DNA from: Nitrospirales bacterium
Lineage (GTDB): Bacteria > Nitrospirota > Nitrospiria > Nitrospirales > UBA8639
Direction of reading: 5' to 3'
Assembly: GCA_965203295.1 (NCBI GenBank)
Contig: CBDBCZ010000018.1
Location: 1,184,001-1,248,000, forward strand
Length of the DNA: 64,000 bases
This document shows positions 50,165-62,705 of the stretch, one piece after another (the first letter of the stretch is position 1; every line of letters begins with the position of its first letter). Below the pieces are notes generated by a model. The model made no database searches, was not told the DNA's origin, and worked only from the letters and a program-made list of their open reading frames with translations. Made by a program: the position numbers and the translations under genes.

Positions 50165-50830
50165 TCCAGTTAGGAAGCCAGTCTCAGGAATCATGTTATT
50201 CCTGGAAATATGCATAGTAGCAGATAAAACATTAGTCTAGCTCATAGACTAATAAAACATTTTCCAGTAAGGAAGCCAGTCACAGGAATCATGTTATTCC
50301 TGGAAATATGCATAGTAGCAGTTAAAGCATTTTGCAGTTAGGAAGCCAGTCACAGGAATCATGTTATTCCTGGAAAATATGCATAGTAGTGGTTAAAGCA
50401 TTTTGCAGTTAGAAAGCCAGTCACAGGAATCATGTTATTCCTGGAAATTTGCATAGTAGCAGATAAAACATTTTCCAGCTAGGAAGCCAGTCACAGGAAT
50501 CATGTTATTCCTGGAAATATGCATAGTAGCAGATAAAACATTTTCCACTTAGGAAGCCAGTCACAGGAATCATGTTATTCCTGGAAATATGCATAGTAGC
50601 AGATAAAACATTTTCCACTTAGGAAGCCAGTCACAGGAATCATGTTATTCCTGGAAATATGCATAGTAGCTGATAAAACATTTTCCACTTGGGAAGCCAG
50701 TCACAGGAATCATGTTATTCCTGGAAATATGCATAGTAGCTGATAAAACATTTTCCAGTTAGGAAGCCAGTCACAGGAATCATGTTATTCCTGGGACTAT
50801 ATATTGTATGGTAAAACATGTTCCAATTAG
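50165..50830 (-). repeat. 70-bp tandem satellite, about 9 units
   Basis: Unit AGGAAGCCAGTCACAGGAATCATGTTATTCCTGGAAATATGCATAGTAGCAGATAAAACATTTTCCACTT. Confidence 0.97.
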
Positions 50831-51120
50831 GAAGCACATGCAGGAATCATGTTGTGTGTGTGGTTGGCAAGATGTAGGGATGGTAATCCCCAGTAATCCC
50901 CGAATGTCCTGTGGTGTTATTCATATACACCTTGTTTGGTTTCTTTTGGGGAATTCCATCCTGACATTTATTTTTCTGTAAGTAATGTGATGGACCAGGT
51001 GCTGTTCCCTTGTTCTGTTAGTTTTTTCTAGATTTGATTCGTATGTGTGGATTTTTTCCTTTTTCTTTACTGCACCATCCCTCTATGCAAATACTGGATA
51101 TTCTGTGTGGGCATAAAATT

Positions 51121-51240
51121 GTTCTTCTCTTCCTCACTGGATTTGCCATTGGATAGCCCGAAGTCATCAACTACAATAACCTCCAATGATTCGTCTGTGC
51201 AGTACCTTGCAGCCACATGGCTTGGGTCGCTAGAGGCCAC
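51121..51240 (-). mobile_element. Possible relic of a piggyBac-type transposase N-terminus
   Basis: ASSDPSHVAARYCTDESLEVIVVDDFGLSNGKSSEEE resembles the acidic R-Y/F-T-x-E-E-A-L...D...S..ESSEEE start of PGBD-type transposases. No catalytic region seen. Confidence 0.3.
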
Positions 51241-52939
51241 TGGATTTTTCCCTTAGCAACTGGACGTTAATGTTGTAGTCGAGTGGAAGGCATGGAAAAA
51301 CTTCTCTGCTGTCTACAGTGGAAACTCTCTGAAAGTACAACCCTGAAATAAGGACACCCGTGTATTTAAAGACACTTATCTGTGTCACAAATATGCATTG
51401 TTAATGACAATTTACCCCTGAAATGAGGACACATCTCTCTAATACAGAACACTTCACAAGGTTCCCAAGGTGTCCACATAAGAGGGGTTCTTATGCTGTT
51501 TGCTTGGCGCTGTACACTAGCTATACGGCAATATTATGGTGGTCATGTGCCCTATGCCGCCATATGGTAGCATTCATTAATCTGCAGCACATGACTCTGC
51601 TTAATTGTTTATTTTTCAGTTTGAATTTGGAGAATACTGGTCAATCAGCTTATAAGCACTTTGTTTAGAATATACCATGTATATATTAAGAACAAGTCCG
51701 ACATGTCATGTGAAAAGTCCAGCAGAGAATGCTTCAACTCAGACACAAATCAGGCCAAGCTAACTACAGCTGCGTACTACAATAAGCATCCTGTAGAAGC
51801 AGATAAGCTACCAAACACACTACAGTGAACGTGCTACTCGGCAGTTTCGTTGAGCCTAGACTACCAGTTAGCAACTACAGTAGCACATTTACGAAAATAC
51901 GGCTACCATGCTCAAACAAGGCAACACAAACTCACACTCGCTTATACTGTAGCTCGGCCTATACAAACCTCCAAATGCTGATATATAGTCCTGTACTTGA
52001 TACAAAATATTGCATAGGAAATATAGCTATTATGCGGATGCCCAAACAGACAAATGCGGAAAACTTAAAGCAATCTTAGGACCATGCGCCATTCAGCTAT
52101 AATAATTATAGTCAGTTGCAACTTCAATGTTAACCATGCTTGACCAGTATTATTTAATATGTCTCCAATTTCTGACAGGTTAAAATCTAGTGAAATCATA
52201 CAAGTATACAGAGCTATGAATGCTAGAAGTGCAACTGCACTGTAAACCCATAACAGTTGCAGTAGCCATATAAATCTTACAAGTGTCATTAAACTTCAAA
52301 CATTCTATAATTTTATAAACCTTATTAATCTGTAATACATGACTCTGCTTCATAGTTCAACTTTCTGACTGTGAAATTGGAGAATACTGGTAATACAATG
52401 TAATTGATCTGCTAATAAGCACATTGTTTGGCAGTAATCTTGCCACTTAAATAACCCTAGCTAGGTGAAAGTGAACTTTTTGTTCATAGCTACAGTGTAC
52501 ATGAGAAAAAGTCTGACATTTTTTGTGCAAAAATCCAGCTGGGAACTTTTCAAATGAAATTCCCAGGAATCGACTAAGACACAAATCAGGCCAAACAAAC
52601 TACAAATTAGAACTATTATATTAATATACACCCTGTAGAAGCAGAGAAGTGGCCAAAAAAGTACAATAGCACAATAGTAGGACAACAGCTAAGAGATGTA
52701 TATACATTCTGTATTGATATTATACACCATAAATACACCATAAATTATGTTTAAGTGTATCTATTACCAAAGAATTGCAAGTAGGCGAGTGTGCATGCAT
52801 GTTGCAGGGTTGTATCAACAAAGTTTACCTCAATTGCAGTTCAAGGCCCCCTTCAAGATCACATTCTATCAGGCTTGACTATAAAAAGCTATACCCTACA
52901 CTTCCAGTTAGGAAGCCCGCTGTAGTTTTAAAATTATAA

Positions 52940-54320
52940 TAATTGTAACTGGCTTCCTATTACTTGGAACATGATTGCTGTGACTGGCTTCCTACCTGGA
53001 ATATGTTTTTCCTAAAACTATGCACAGCTCCAGGAATATTAAGTTCCTGATTGTGGCTGGTTTCTTAACAGGAACACCGTTTTCATGCTACTATGCACAG
53101 TTCCAGGAATAACATGACTGCTGTTAACAGTAACAGGCTTCCTACCTGGAATACTAGCTAAGATTTTCCCAAGCCAGTATGCACAGTCACAGGTATAGCA
53201 CTATTCCTGTGACAGGCTTCCTACCTGGAATATGTTTTTCATAAAATTAAGTTCATGATTGTGACTGGCTTTTTAACAGGAACATGTTTTCATGCTACTA
53301 TGCACAGTTCCAGGTATAACATGACTGCTGTAACAGGCTTCCTACCTGGAATACTAGCTAAGATTTTCCCAAGCCAGTATGCACAGTCACAGGTATAGCA
53401 CTATTCCTGTGACAGGCTTCCTACCTGGAATATGTTTTTCATAAAATTAAGTTCATGATTGTGACTGGCTTTTTAACAGGAACATGTTTTCATGCTACTA
53501 TGCACAGTTCCAGGAATAACATGACTGCTGTAACAGGCTTCCTACCTGGAATACTAGCTAAGATTTTTCCAAGCCAGTATGCACAGTCACAGGTATAGCA
53601 CTATTCCTGTGACAGGCTTCCTACCTGGAATATGTTTTTCACAAAATTAAGTTCATGATTGTGACTGGCTTCTTAACAGGAACATGTTTTCATGCTACTA
53701 TGCACAGTTCCAGGAATAACATGACTGCTGTGACAGGCTTCCTACCTGGAATACTAGCTAAGATTTCCCAAGCCAGTATGCACAGTCACAGGTATAACAC
53801 TATTCCTGTGACAGGCTTCCTACCTGGAATATGTTTTTCATAAAATTAAGTTCATGATTGTGACTGGCTTCTTAACAGGAACATGTTTTCATGCTACTAT
53901 GCACAGTTCCAGGAATAACATGACTGCTGTGACCGGCTTCCTACCTGGAATACTAGCTAAGATTTCCCAAGCCAGTATGCACAGTCACAGGTATAACACT
54001 ATTCCTGTGACAGGCTTCCTACCTGGAATATGTTTTTCATAAAATTAAGTTCATGATTGTGACTGGCTTCTTAACAGGAACATGTTTTCATGCTACTATG
54101 CACAGTTCCAGGAATAACATGACTGCTGTGACCGGCTTCCTACCTGGAATACTAGCTAAGATTTCCCAAGCCAGTATGCACAGTCACAGGTATAACACTA
54201 TTTTTGTGACTGGCTTCCTATAAATGGGACATGATATTCCTGCACAAAATGCATGTATAGTTCCAGGAATAGGATGATCCTTGTGACTGGCTTCCTAACG
54301 GGAATGTATAACTCCAGGAA
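52940..54320 (+). repeat. 199/200-bp higher-order tandem array (about 6 units, each with three subunits related to the 70-bp satellite)
   Basis: Units start near 53041, 53249, 53449, 53649, 53848 and 54047. Confidence 0.97.
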
Positions 54321-54386
54321 TGATAATTGATCTACATGTGCCCATGAAGCTTGTCCAACTCCCATTTTGAGGCTTCTGATGGTCAG

Positions 54387-54394
54387 TATAAAAG
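54387..54394 (+). promoter_or_regulatory. TATA box upstream of X2
   Basis: TATAAAAG about 115 nt upstream of the ATG at 54507. Confidence 0.55.
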
Positions 54395-54506
54395 AGTCGG
54401 TCGTCAGCACTTTCGGCATGCAGTGGTCAATGTGCGTTCTCCATTACTGAAACAGTGATATTTCTTTTCCTACTAATCTTTGAGCTCGCGGTGGCAACTA
54501 CTCGGA

Positions 54507-55784
54507 ATGTCGAATCCGACGGTTAATAACCTCTACGGTCAGACGTATACCCAAATAGTCGACAACGTACTAGGCGGCCCAGGAAAGAACTTCCAGCTGG
54601 TGATTCCGCAACAGGACTGGAACTGGACGCCGCCAAGTCTTCCAGGTTACATTGATCCCCTAGCCTATCAATTTGTCGGGCAGTTGCCGAAATGGACCGT
54701 TGCAGGCAAGTACGAACCTAGCGGTAGTGATATGCACCATGCGTACGTTCACGTTCTTGAAGCGGTGGACGCAGGCGCATCTGATACACCCAAATACAGA
54801 GAGGAATATAAGGAAGCGGCGGAAAATTTGGCCCGTGCAACGAAACAGGTGCAACAAGACGAAAATTTAGCCCTGAGCGAATACGCTAAGTACAAGGAAG
54901 AAGTGGGCAAAACCGAGAAAAGTTACGACGACTGGCTTCTTGACTCAGCCTTGAAGCCTGTAATTGATAGCGACCATCAGGCGCAAAAGAAAGCCGAGGA
55001 GACAAAGAATCAGATCACCGAAGAACTGAATCCCGGTCTGGTAGATGCCAAAAATGCCGCTAAGCTGCCAAAGCTTAAGGTCGGTGACTCCACGCCACCT
55101 GGCTTTCTGCAAGTCGTGGGCACGGACGAAGTAGTACCGAAGTACAATTTTAGGGAACCGAAGGATTGGGCTGATGAAGTCGAGGCCAAGCCCGGATCAA
55201 GCCTTGTGATCAAACTTTCTGGGGCATCGTCGTCCAGTGCCTTTGAGAAATCCTGGGCTGGCGGTAGTGCTTCATACGGAGGCTTTTTCTTTATCTTACC
55301 CCAGGTCGGTGGGAGCTGGCAAAAGATGGATCTGGAAACAACAGACAAAGGAGTGGAAGTTAACATTACCATCAAAGCCTACACAATGATTGAGGTCACT
55401 CCCGACCAAGCGTGGTACGACGGTCCCTTTCTGAAAATGTTAGCCGCGAAAGACACATGGACCCCACCCTTCTCTACGAGCGGTGGAGATGGCAAACAAC
55501 CCGTTTTCGGGAAAGGTGGCATTTTACCGCTGATTTTAACCGGTATGGTCGTCGGATACCAGCCGTCTATCGATATAAAGATGAGCAAATCGACTTACTC
55601 GAAGCACGAGCAGGAATGGGGAGCTTCTGCTGGGGTGCGCATCGGCCCCTTCCAGTTCGGTGCCAGTGGCGGTCACATGAAAAAGAGTTCGCGTGCGACT
55701 TCTGACGAGCAGGTTTACCATGTCGAATCTACCGCCGACTATCCCTTCATTATGGGAATCACTGTTTCCAACCCTGGAGAGTAG
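54507..55784 (+). CDS. Intronless 425-aa protein of unknown family (X2), paralogue of X1
   Basis: MSNPTVNNLYGQTY aligns with X1 MSDQTSNLYGQTY. Shared NFQLV, IDP.AY.FVGQ.P.W, WAGG, WQKMDL, GKQPVFGKGG.LPL.LTG, GPFQ and YPFIMGITV.NPGE. Confidence 0.93.
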   Translation: MSNPTVNNLYGQTYTQIVDNVLGGPGKNFQLVIPQQDWNWTPPSLPGYIDPLAYQFVGQLPKWTVAGKYEPSGSDMHHAYVHVLEAVDAGASDTPKYREEYKEAAENLARATKQVQQDENLALSEYAKYKEEVGKTEKSYDDWLLDSALKPVIDSDHQAQKKAEETKNQITEELNPGLVDAKNAAKLPKLKVGDSTPPGFLQVVGTDEVVPKYNFREPKDWADEVEAKPGSSLVIKLSGASSSSAFEKSWAGGSASYGGFFFILPQVGGSWQKMDLETTDKGVEVNITIKAYTMIEVTPDQAWYDGPFLKMLAAKDTWTPPFSTSGGDGKQPVFGKGGILPLILTGMVVGYQPSIDIKMSKSTYSKHEQEWGASAGVRIGPFQFGASGGHMKKSSRATSDEQVYHVESTADYPFIMGITVSNPGE

Positions 55785-56997
55785 TGGACTGCTACGGCAA
55801 TTGCACAGGGTGTAGAGTATAGTAATACTCTAACTATAATATAGTAAGACTCCAATTAGCTAGTTAGAATGCTGCTCCGAGAGTACATTAGCTAGTTTTA
55901 GGCCTTGTTTTTTTTTTTCTTTTTGTCGTAGGTCTATTCAGTTCTTGTAAGTAGAAGAACAAGACTTTGGTGTACTCTTGCTAGGCAATTTCCATACTTC
56001 GTAGATTTTTGAAAATATTTTGTGCTAAAACTTCTTTTAAATTTAGCTATACGGGCTGCATGGGGGTATTATACTTCACTCACGTGGTTCTAATTCTAGT
56101 AACCTGTTTACATTTTCGCATGATGGCCACCTGAATCATCAGGAGATGTGTGTCACTTTGTCATTGAGGTGGCAGTACTCTGGTGTTGGCTTTCCGTGAA
56201 AAACATCAATCGCTATTCTTTCGGGTTCATTATTTTAATTCATCTAGCTATTGGCTAGCTATCTAGTTCTGTGCTTTCAATTAGCTAGCTAGCTACATGC
56301 ATGGGGAAGATATCAACGTACATGTAGTCTTCCCAGAGGTGTGTCAATGAGCAACCAAAATTAAAGCTGTACATGTACATGCATTAGTAATACGTAGTAC
56401 ATGTAGCTATATAAAACATTAGTAATACGTAACCCGTTATGCCTGCATTATGCTCAATGCTTGGCTAGCCGTATTATGCATATGCTTGAAATATAATTAT
56501 GTGTGCCTGTCCCTCACTCTGTTACTTTAAGGATTGCTGGTTATTGTCACTATGTACACAGGTCACCAGGCTAGAAATCTGCTTATCGACATGCAGCCAT
56601 GCAAGTGTGTCCTACTTTATTGATAACTATTGCAAAGTAGCTAGTTACCATGAATGCCACAATAGGCATAGCTATATAATAAAACAGCTGTGTAGATGAT
56701 ATCCTAGTAAAGAGTAGAACCATGGCAAATAGGCAGTGGACTCCACTTCTTCTTAAATAGAATTTTAGACTCCCATGCAATCAAATCTCGTGTATGAGGT
56801 ACGTACTTTGAACCATTAAATCCAACAGAGAAGTATCACACTTTTATCGCCGCTTCTGGGAGAAGAAAGGGAATAACTAAAAGTTAAATCAGACAGCAGC
56901 TTCAAATATTAATTTTCTATAACAACTACAAACCTTTATAAGGTGCTGCAACTTTGTGAGTCACGTTCACATGAGAGTATAGTGAGGTAGTTGTTAC

Positions 56998-57470
56998 TAG
57001 GCCTTGATAAATTATTCTCTTTTTTTTACCCATTATTCTATTCTTTTATTCTCAGTGGTTACACCTATTGTTCTTTTTTTGCCTCACCTATTATTCCTAA
57101 TTATGCTCATTTACCTAACGAAGCAAACCAATATTGCCACGACGTAATTACAGAAAAAATTATGTTCTCAAGAGTCAAGACTATTATTCCTCATTATGCA
57201 CATTTACCTAATGAAGTGAAAAAATTCAAAGTAATATAACACCAGATTAACAAGCCATTAGAGACTATAGTTGACTGAATCAAGAGCCTTACTCTAATTA
57301 ATTCCTCAATATTTTAGCAAAGTACAAAGGTCAGGCCTAATACGCTGATACAAGTACCTATTATTCTCATTTCGTTAAAAATATTAGCCTATATTATTCT
57401 CGCATAATTCTCCATGCTTTTAGGTCCCTATTATTCTTAAAATTATGCTGGCATAATTTATCAAGGCCTA
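56998..57470. mobile_element. hAT-type MITE
   Basis: TIR TAGGCCTTGATAAATTAT / ATAATTTATCAAGGCCTA with an 8-bp TSD GTTGTTAC (56990-56997 and 57471-57478). Confidence 0.93.
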
Positions 57471-57536
57471 GTTGTTACTGTATAAGGGAAACTTTCAAGT
57501 TCTGTTCTTCAAATTAGAGACCAAGCTTAATATTAA

Positions 57537-57679
57537 CTCTTTACCAACCAATGACGCATATATGCGTCATGAGCTCCCATAAGCCCATATGAATTTATAT
57601 GGGAGGTTTAATATTAGGCGTTAATACTTTGTACAGGCTTTTCTGCTTCTTTAAGCTGTTTCTTATGGTTGGTAAAGGG
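57537..57679. mobile_element. piggyBac-type MITE (degenerate relative near 16575-16725)
   Basis: TTAA|CTCTTTACCAACCA ... TGGTTGGTAAAGGG|TTAA. Confidence 0.88.
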
Positions 57680-59229
57680 TTAAGGACTGCTCTCCATACA
57701 TAAAAACTCTGTAGAGTATGCCAGAAAAAGTAGCATCACGTAGCTACATCGTTCTGGGCTGCACCCCATGCAGAAAACAATTTTGAGTGCTGCAAGCATG
57801 TTTGCAAGAACTCAACAGATTCTGAAATTCTACAAACACCGAAATCTATAATATATAAGCACCATCATCAACCCTATATACTCTAAAAGATTACCCAGGT
57901 GAATGACTTCACGATGTAGACTCACCATAATATTGCTAACAATAACAAACGATATATGTTTTAAAACTCATGTGAGACAAACCGTCTGCAGCAGATACAT
58001 TGTGTCTTATCAGGATTAAATTTAATGTTATGATATCGTGCTCACAACCATATTCCTCGCAACATCACAGCATTAATCTGAGCGAGTGTAGCCTCACACT
58101 GTGTCAATAGAGTTAAGTCAATTGCATGACAAACAGCTTCACTCACCCATGAAACATCCAGAGTCAGCCAGCCGAACAGGCTAATCATCATATAATTTGC
58201 AAAGAGCAAAGGAGAGTCTCAGAGCCCTGATGTAGCCCAATTGGAAGAAGCAAAACAAAGAAGAGTCCATGCCATTCCAGCTTACAGTAAAGCGCTGATC
58301 CTAATTCAGTGAATCAGACAGCTAAAGACTATAGGATGCAGATCAAGCAGCTTAGAAGACAGAACCTCATGATCAGCCAGAAAATTGCACGTGAGGGTAG
58401 GTAAAAGTGGTATTTTGTTTCCCATACAGCGTTGCTTTGAACTATACAACATGCTGTGGATCCCTTCTGTCACTACTGGAGCTGAGGTTATGAAAATACT
58501 AGGAAAACCACATGAAAGAGTTCAGATCATATTCCAGATATTTTCATTGCTATTGGAATTGAATGCATGCATGAAAAACCCGATAAAACTTAACGTTTCA
58601 CAGCCCCTACCTTTCAATGAAATGTGCTTAATCCATGAAACATATTCATGAAATACCCATGAAAAGTCAGCATCAATGAAATTGCTGTGAAAACTGGTCA
58701 CTGAAATACCCATGAAACTGGTCCATAATTCATCCTTCAGCGTTATGAATTACCAATGAAAAATCCATTAAAAGGCCATGAAAATATCAATGAATTACAT
58801 GAAAAATCCATGACAATGGGGTACTGTTGAAAAACAGCTGTGAATATAATGAATAATTTACAATAAAAGGGACAGAGTTGATAATCCAAATACTAACCTC
58901 ATTCCCAGTCTCCACTCCATAGCTTATTCAAACATTCTAAAAACAATATGTGAAAAGAAAATGTGGAACGGAGACTGGGAATGAAGCTTCCAAATGCAGT
59001 CATAGCTAGGGAAGATGTGCACTATTTCAATATAGGTTTTTAACTCTCTTATGGATGGCTTCAAGCAATCTTCTTCCAGACTGGAACTCAACATAGGTCC
59101 AGCTTTGCTTTCTTGGTGGTGGCCTTGAGTGGCCTGTTTGTCTGCATGTGTATACGAACATAGTTAAGGGAAAGAAATTAAGATTCAGTATAAGGGAAGG
59201 TGGACGATTTGACAAAATCAAAGGACCAC

Positions 59230-59565
59230 CACATATCAGACTGATAGCAGTACCACCACAAAGCCCGACATATCAGACTGATGGCAGTACCACCACAAAG
59301 CCCGACATATCAGACTGACGGTAGTACCACCACAAAGCCAGACATATCAGACTGACGGCAGTACCACCACAAAGCCCGACATATCAGACTGACGGCAGTA
59401 CCACCACAAAACCCGACATATCAGACTGACGGCAGTACCACCACAAAGCCCGACATATCAGACTGACGGCAGTACCACCACAAAGCACGACATATCAGAC
59501 TGACGGCAGTACCACCACAAAGCCCGACATATCCGACTGACAGTAGTACCACCACAAAGCCTGAC
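59230..59565 (+). repeat. 37-bp minisatellite, about 9 units
   Basis: GACATATCAGACTGACGGCAGTACCACCACAAAGCCC. Confidence 0.97.
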
Positions 59566-59759
59566 AATATTATACTGATATACATTTTGTGTCCCTGTGA
59601 CCCCTGCTACATACCTAACTTTGGGTCCCTTCTGACATATCTTTACACTTGGTGCAGAGTATTTGATTATGTAACACACACACACAAACAATGTCTAAGA
59701 CACTATGTACATGTATGAAGCATGACTTTCACAGTCAACATCACATAGCAAAACTGGAA

Positions 59760-60560
59760 AGTGACAACACACATGAAAGTTGCTGAAAGATGGGACATCT
59801 TGACAACACACATGAATTACGTACAAACAGTATGAACCTGCCGAAAGATGGGACATCTTGACAGGGTGTTGCCGAAAGATGGGGCATCTTGACAACACAT
59901 ATGAATTACGTACAAATAGTATGAACCTGCCGAAAGATGGGGCATCTTGACAACACACATGAATTACGTACAAACAGTATGAACCTGCCGAAAGATGGGA
60001 CATCTTGACAGGGTGTTGCCGAAAGATGGGGCATCTTGACAACACACATGAATTACGTACAAACAGTATGAACCCGCCGAAAGATGGGACATCTTGACAG
60101 GGTGTTGCCGAAAGATGGGGCATCTTGACAACACACATGAATTACGTACAAACAGTATGAACCCGCCGAAAGATGGGACATCTTGACAGGGTGTTGCCGA
60201 AAGATGGGACATCTTGACAACACACATGAATGACAACACACATGAATTACGTACAAACAGTATGAACCTGCCGAAAGATGGGACATCTTGACAGGATATT
60301 GCCGAAAGATGGGAAATCTTGACAACACACATGAATTACGTACAAACAGTATGAACCTGCCGAAAGATGGGACATCTTGACAGGGTGTTGCCGAACGATG
60401 GGACATCTTGACAACACACATGAATTACGTACAAACGGTATGAACCTGCCAAAAGATGGGACATCTTGACAGGGTGTTGCCGAAAGATGGGGCATCTTGA
60501 CAACACACATGAATAACGGACAAACAGCATGGCCATAAATCTGGAAAATCTTGACAGGGT
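59760..60560 (+). repeat. Compound minisatellite: a 24-bp core alternating with 34-bp and 7-bp linkers (89-bp period)
   Basis: Core GCCGAAAGATGGGACATCTTGACA. Linkers ACACACATGAATTACGTACAAACAGTATGAACCT and GGGTGTT. Confidence 0.95.
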
Positions 60561-60634
60561 GCCACCTAAAGTCTTAATGAAACACATGAATGAGCGAACA
60601 GGATGTAGCTACATCAGTACAGGTAGTAATTTTG

Positions 60635-61458
60635 TACGGTGGCCGAGAGGGACACTTCCAAACTCGACTTTTACATATTTGACTTTTGACTTTCAAAAAT
60701 GCGACTTTCGACTTTCCATTTCTCGAATCTTGACTTTCAACTTTCACAAATGCGACTTCGGACTTCCACTTTGTATGAATTTCGGCTTTCGACTTTCACA
60801 AATCCGACTTTCGACTTTCGACTTTTACAAATCCGACTTTCGACTTTCGACTTTCACAAATCCGACTTTCGACTTTCGACTTTCCTAAATCTGGCTTTTG
60901 ACTTTTATAAATCCGACTTTCGACTTTCGACTTTTACAAATCCGACTTTTGACTTTCGACTTTAACATGGAGATATAGATGCAACGAGTACTGGTCAATT
61001 CCACGTGGTCACATCTCCGACACGTGACTAGCCCTGCAAGGATGGGCCACCGCCCCCTTCCCCGTTGAGAACCAAATTGCATAGTCTGGTTTGACTTGCG
61101 AGACTTGAAAGTTTCTAAGTCAAATTTGTGAAAGTCCAAAGCTGAAATTCCGAAGTCGCATTTGTAAAAGTCGGATTTGTGAAAGTCAAAAGTCGAAAGT
61201 CAGATTTGTGAAAGTCCAAAGCTGAAATTCCGAAGTCGCTATTGTGAAAGTCGAAAGTCGGATTTGTAAAAGTCGAAAGTCAAAAGTCGGATTTGTAAAA
61301 GTCGAAAGTCGAAAGTCGAATTTGTGAAAGTCGAAAGTCGGATTTGTGAAAGTCAAAAGTCAAGATTCGAGAAATGGAAAGTCGAAAGTCGCATTTTTGA
61401 AAGTCGAAAGTCAAATATGTAAAAGTCGATTTCGGAAGTGTCCCTCTCGGCCACCGTA
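60635..61458. mobile_element. IS3EU-like foldback non-autonomous element
   Basis: TACGGTGGCCGAGAGGGACACTTCC termini, long arms made of GACTTTC heptamers, and a 6-bp TSD ATTTTG (60629-60634 and 61459-61464). Confidence 0.9.
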
Positions 61459-61865
61459 ATTTTGCGCATAGCCAGAAGCCTATAACTTTGGTTTGGCTAT
61501 ATAGGGATTGTAATTCTCCCTCTTTGTAAATCATAATATCCCACTCCCAATAAATATCCACCATAAATAACACTATTTAGCTAGTATTTACATGTATAGG
61601 CATGCATGACTTACAGCAGTGGTGGCAGTCACTGACGATTGAAGAATGACACGGTTAATCGGTGGATCAGAACGGCTTCGAACTCTTGCTTCACAAAATG
61701 ATCGTTTAGCAATGTCCACGGTAGTACTAATTTACCAAAACAAGCAATACCGAACTCCATCTATAGCTAGCTACGCCAGCCTCGTGTCACAAATTGGTCA
61801 AAAAAAAGGTCAAAAGGTTGATCGATAACGCCCACAAGGAGCACGAAGACATACAGGCAGTATCA

Positions 61866-62705
61866 TTAATATTTGTATAAATTTCTAAATTTCGCTAAAA
61901 AAGTTAGGTCCAAGTCCACAAATCTGTGCAGCAGCTGCTCCGAATCCGTTACCAGCCCCAGACCTAGCTCCATGCAGTGATCCCGAAGCACATGTGACAT
62001 GACAGCGTCCACTGGTGCAGCATCACAGAGGGGGCAAGGATGGTCACCTCTCCCATGGTGACTCATCACCCTGCTCAGCATCTGAAGCGCCCTGGTGTGC
62101 TGAACCCCAAAATTCAAGGTTGCGTCCCACAACCTAGCCCAACCAACTCGCTCCTCAACCTCAGCCACAATGGGGACTTTCACCATGCATCTCTCCAGCA
62201 ACCGCTCACGATCCACCCTCCTTATGTCATCCTTCAAACTCCTAGACCACACCAATTCTCCTTTCATCAACTTCTCTGTGATGGCCACCCCACACATCTC
62301 TTCTAGCTCCCTGCACTCTTTCACCAGGCACAAAGAGGAGATGCTGTCACTCCACGAATCCACCACCCTTCCACTCACACACCCTGAACTGGCACCCAGC
62401 ACCTTGTGCAAAAAACCCAGCTTCCTCTCCAAGATCCTGCTCTTCACCGACTGCATCCCAACGGCCACAAGGGCTGCGGTGTTGCTGTGATGCTTCGGCC
62501 ATTTCAGAACCCTCTTGGCCAACTCTGCCTGAAACGATTCCAGCTTCTCCACCAATGTGTGTGTCAGCAACCAGTTTTCACAACCATACATCAGGACAGG
62601 CATCACACACGCATCCAAGATCGACCTGGAGGAAAGAGGGCTAAGGTCTCCCTGAAAGGCACCTATGCTACCATAGTGAAAAAAGGCTCGCCTAGCTTTC
62701 TTGCG
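61866..62705 (-). mobile_element. 5'-truncated LINE with an open ORF2 C-terminal segment
   Basis: KARRAFF..G, CVMPVLMYGCENW and CPLC...H...HC motifs typical of the post-RT region of non-LTR ORF2. Confidence 0.88.

Noticed and set aside
53655..54042. Duplicated 62-aa ORFs (likewise the ORFs at 59695-60965)
   Set aside because: Chance frames within satellite units.
54480..54506. N-terminal extension of X2 from TTG
   Set aside because: Homology with X1 begins at the ATG at 54507.
59230..60560. CRISPR-like arrays
   Set aside because: No unique spacers (linkers are absent or of two fixed types), no cas genes, and a eukaryotic context.
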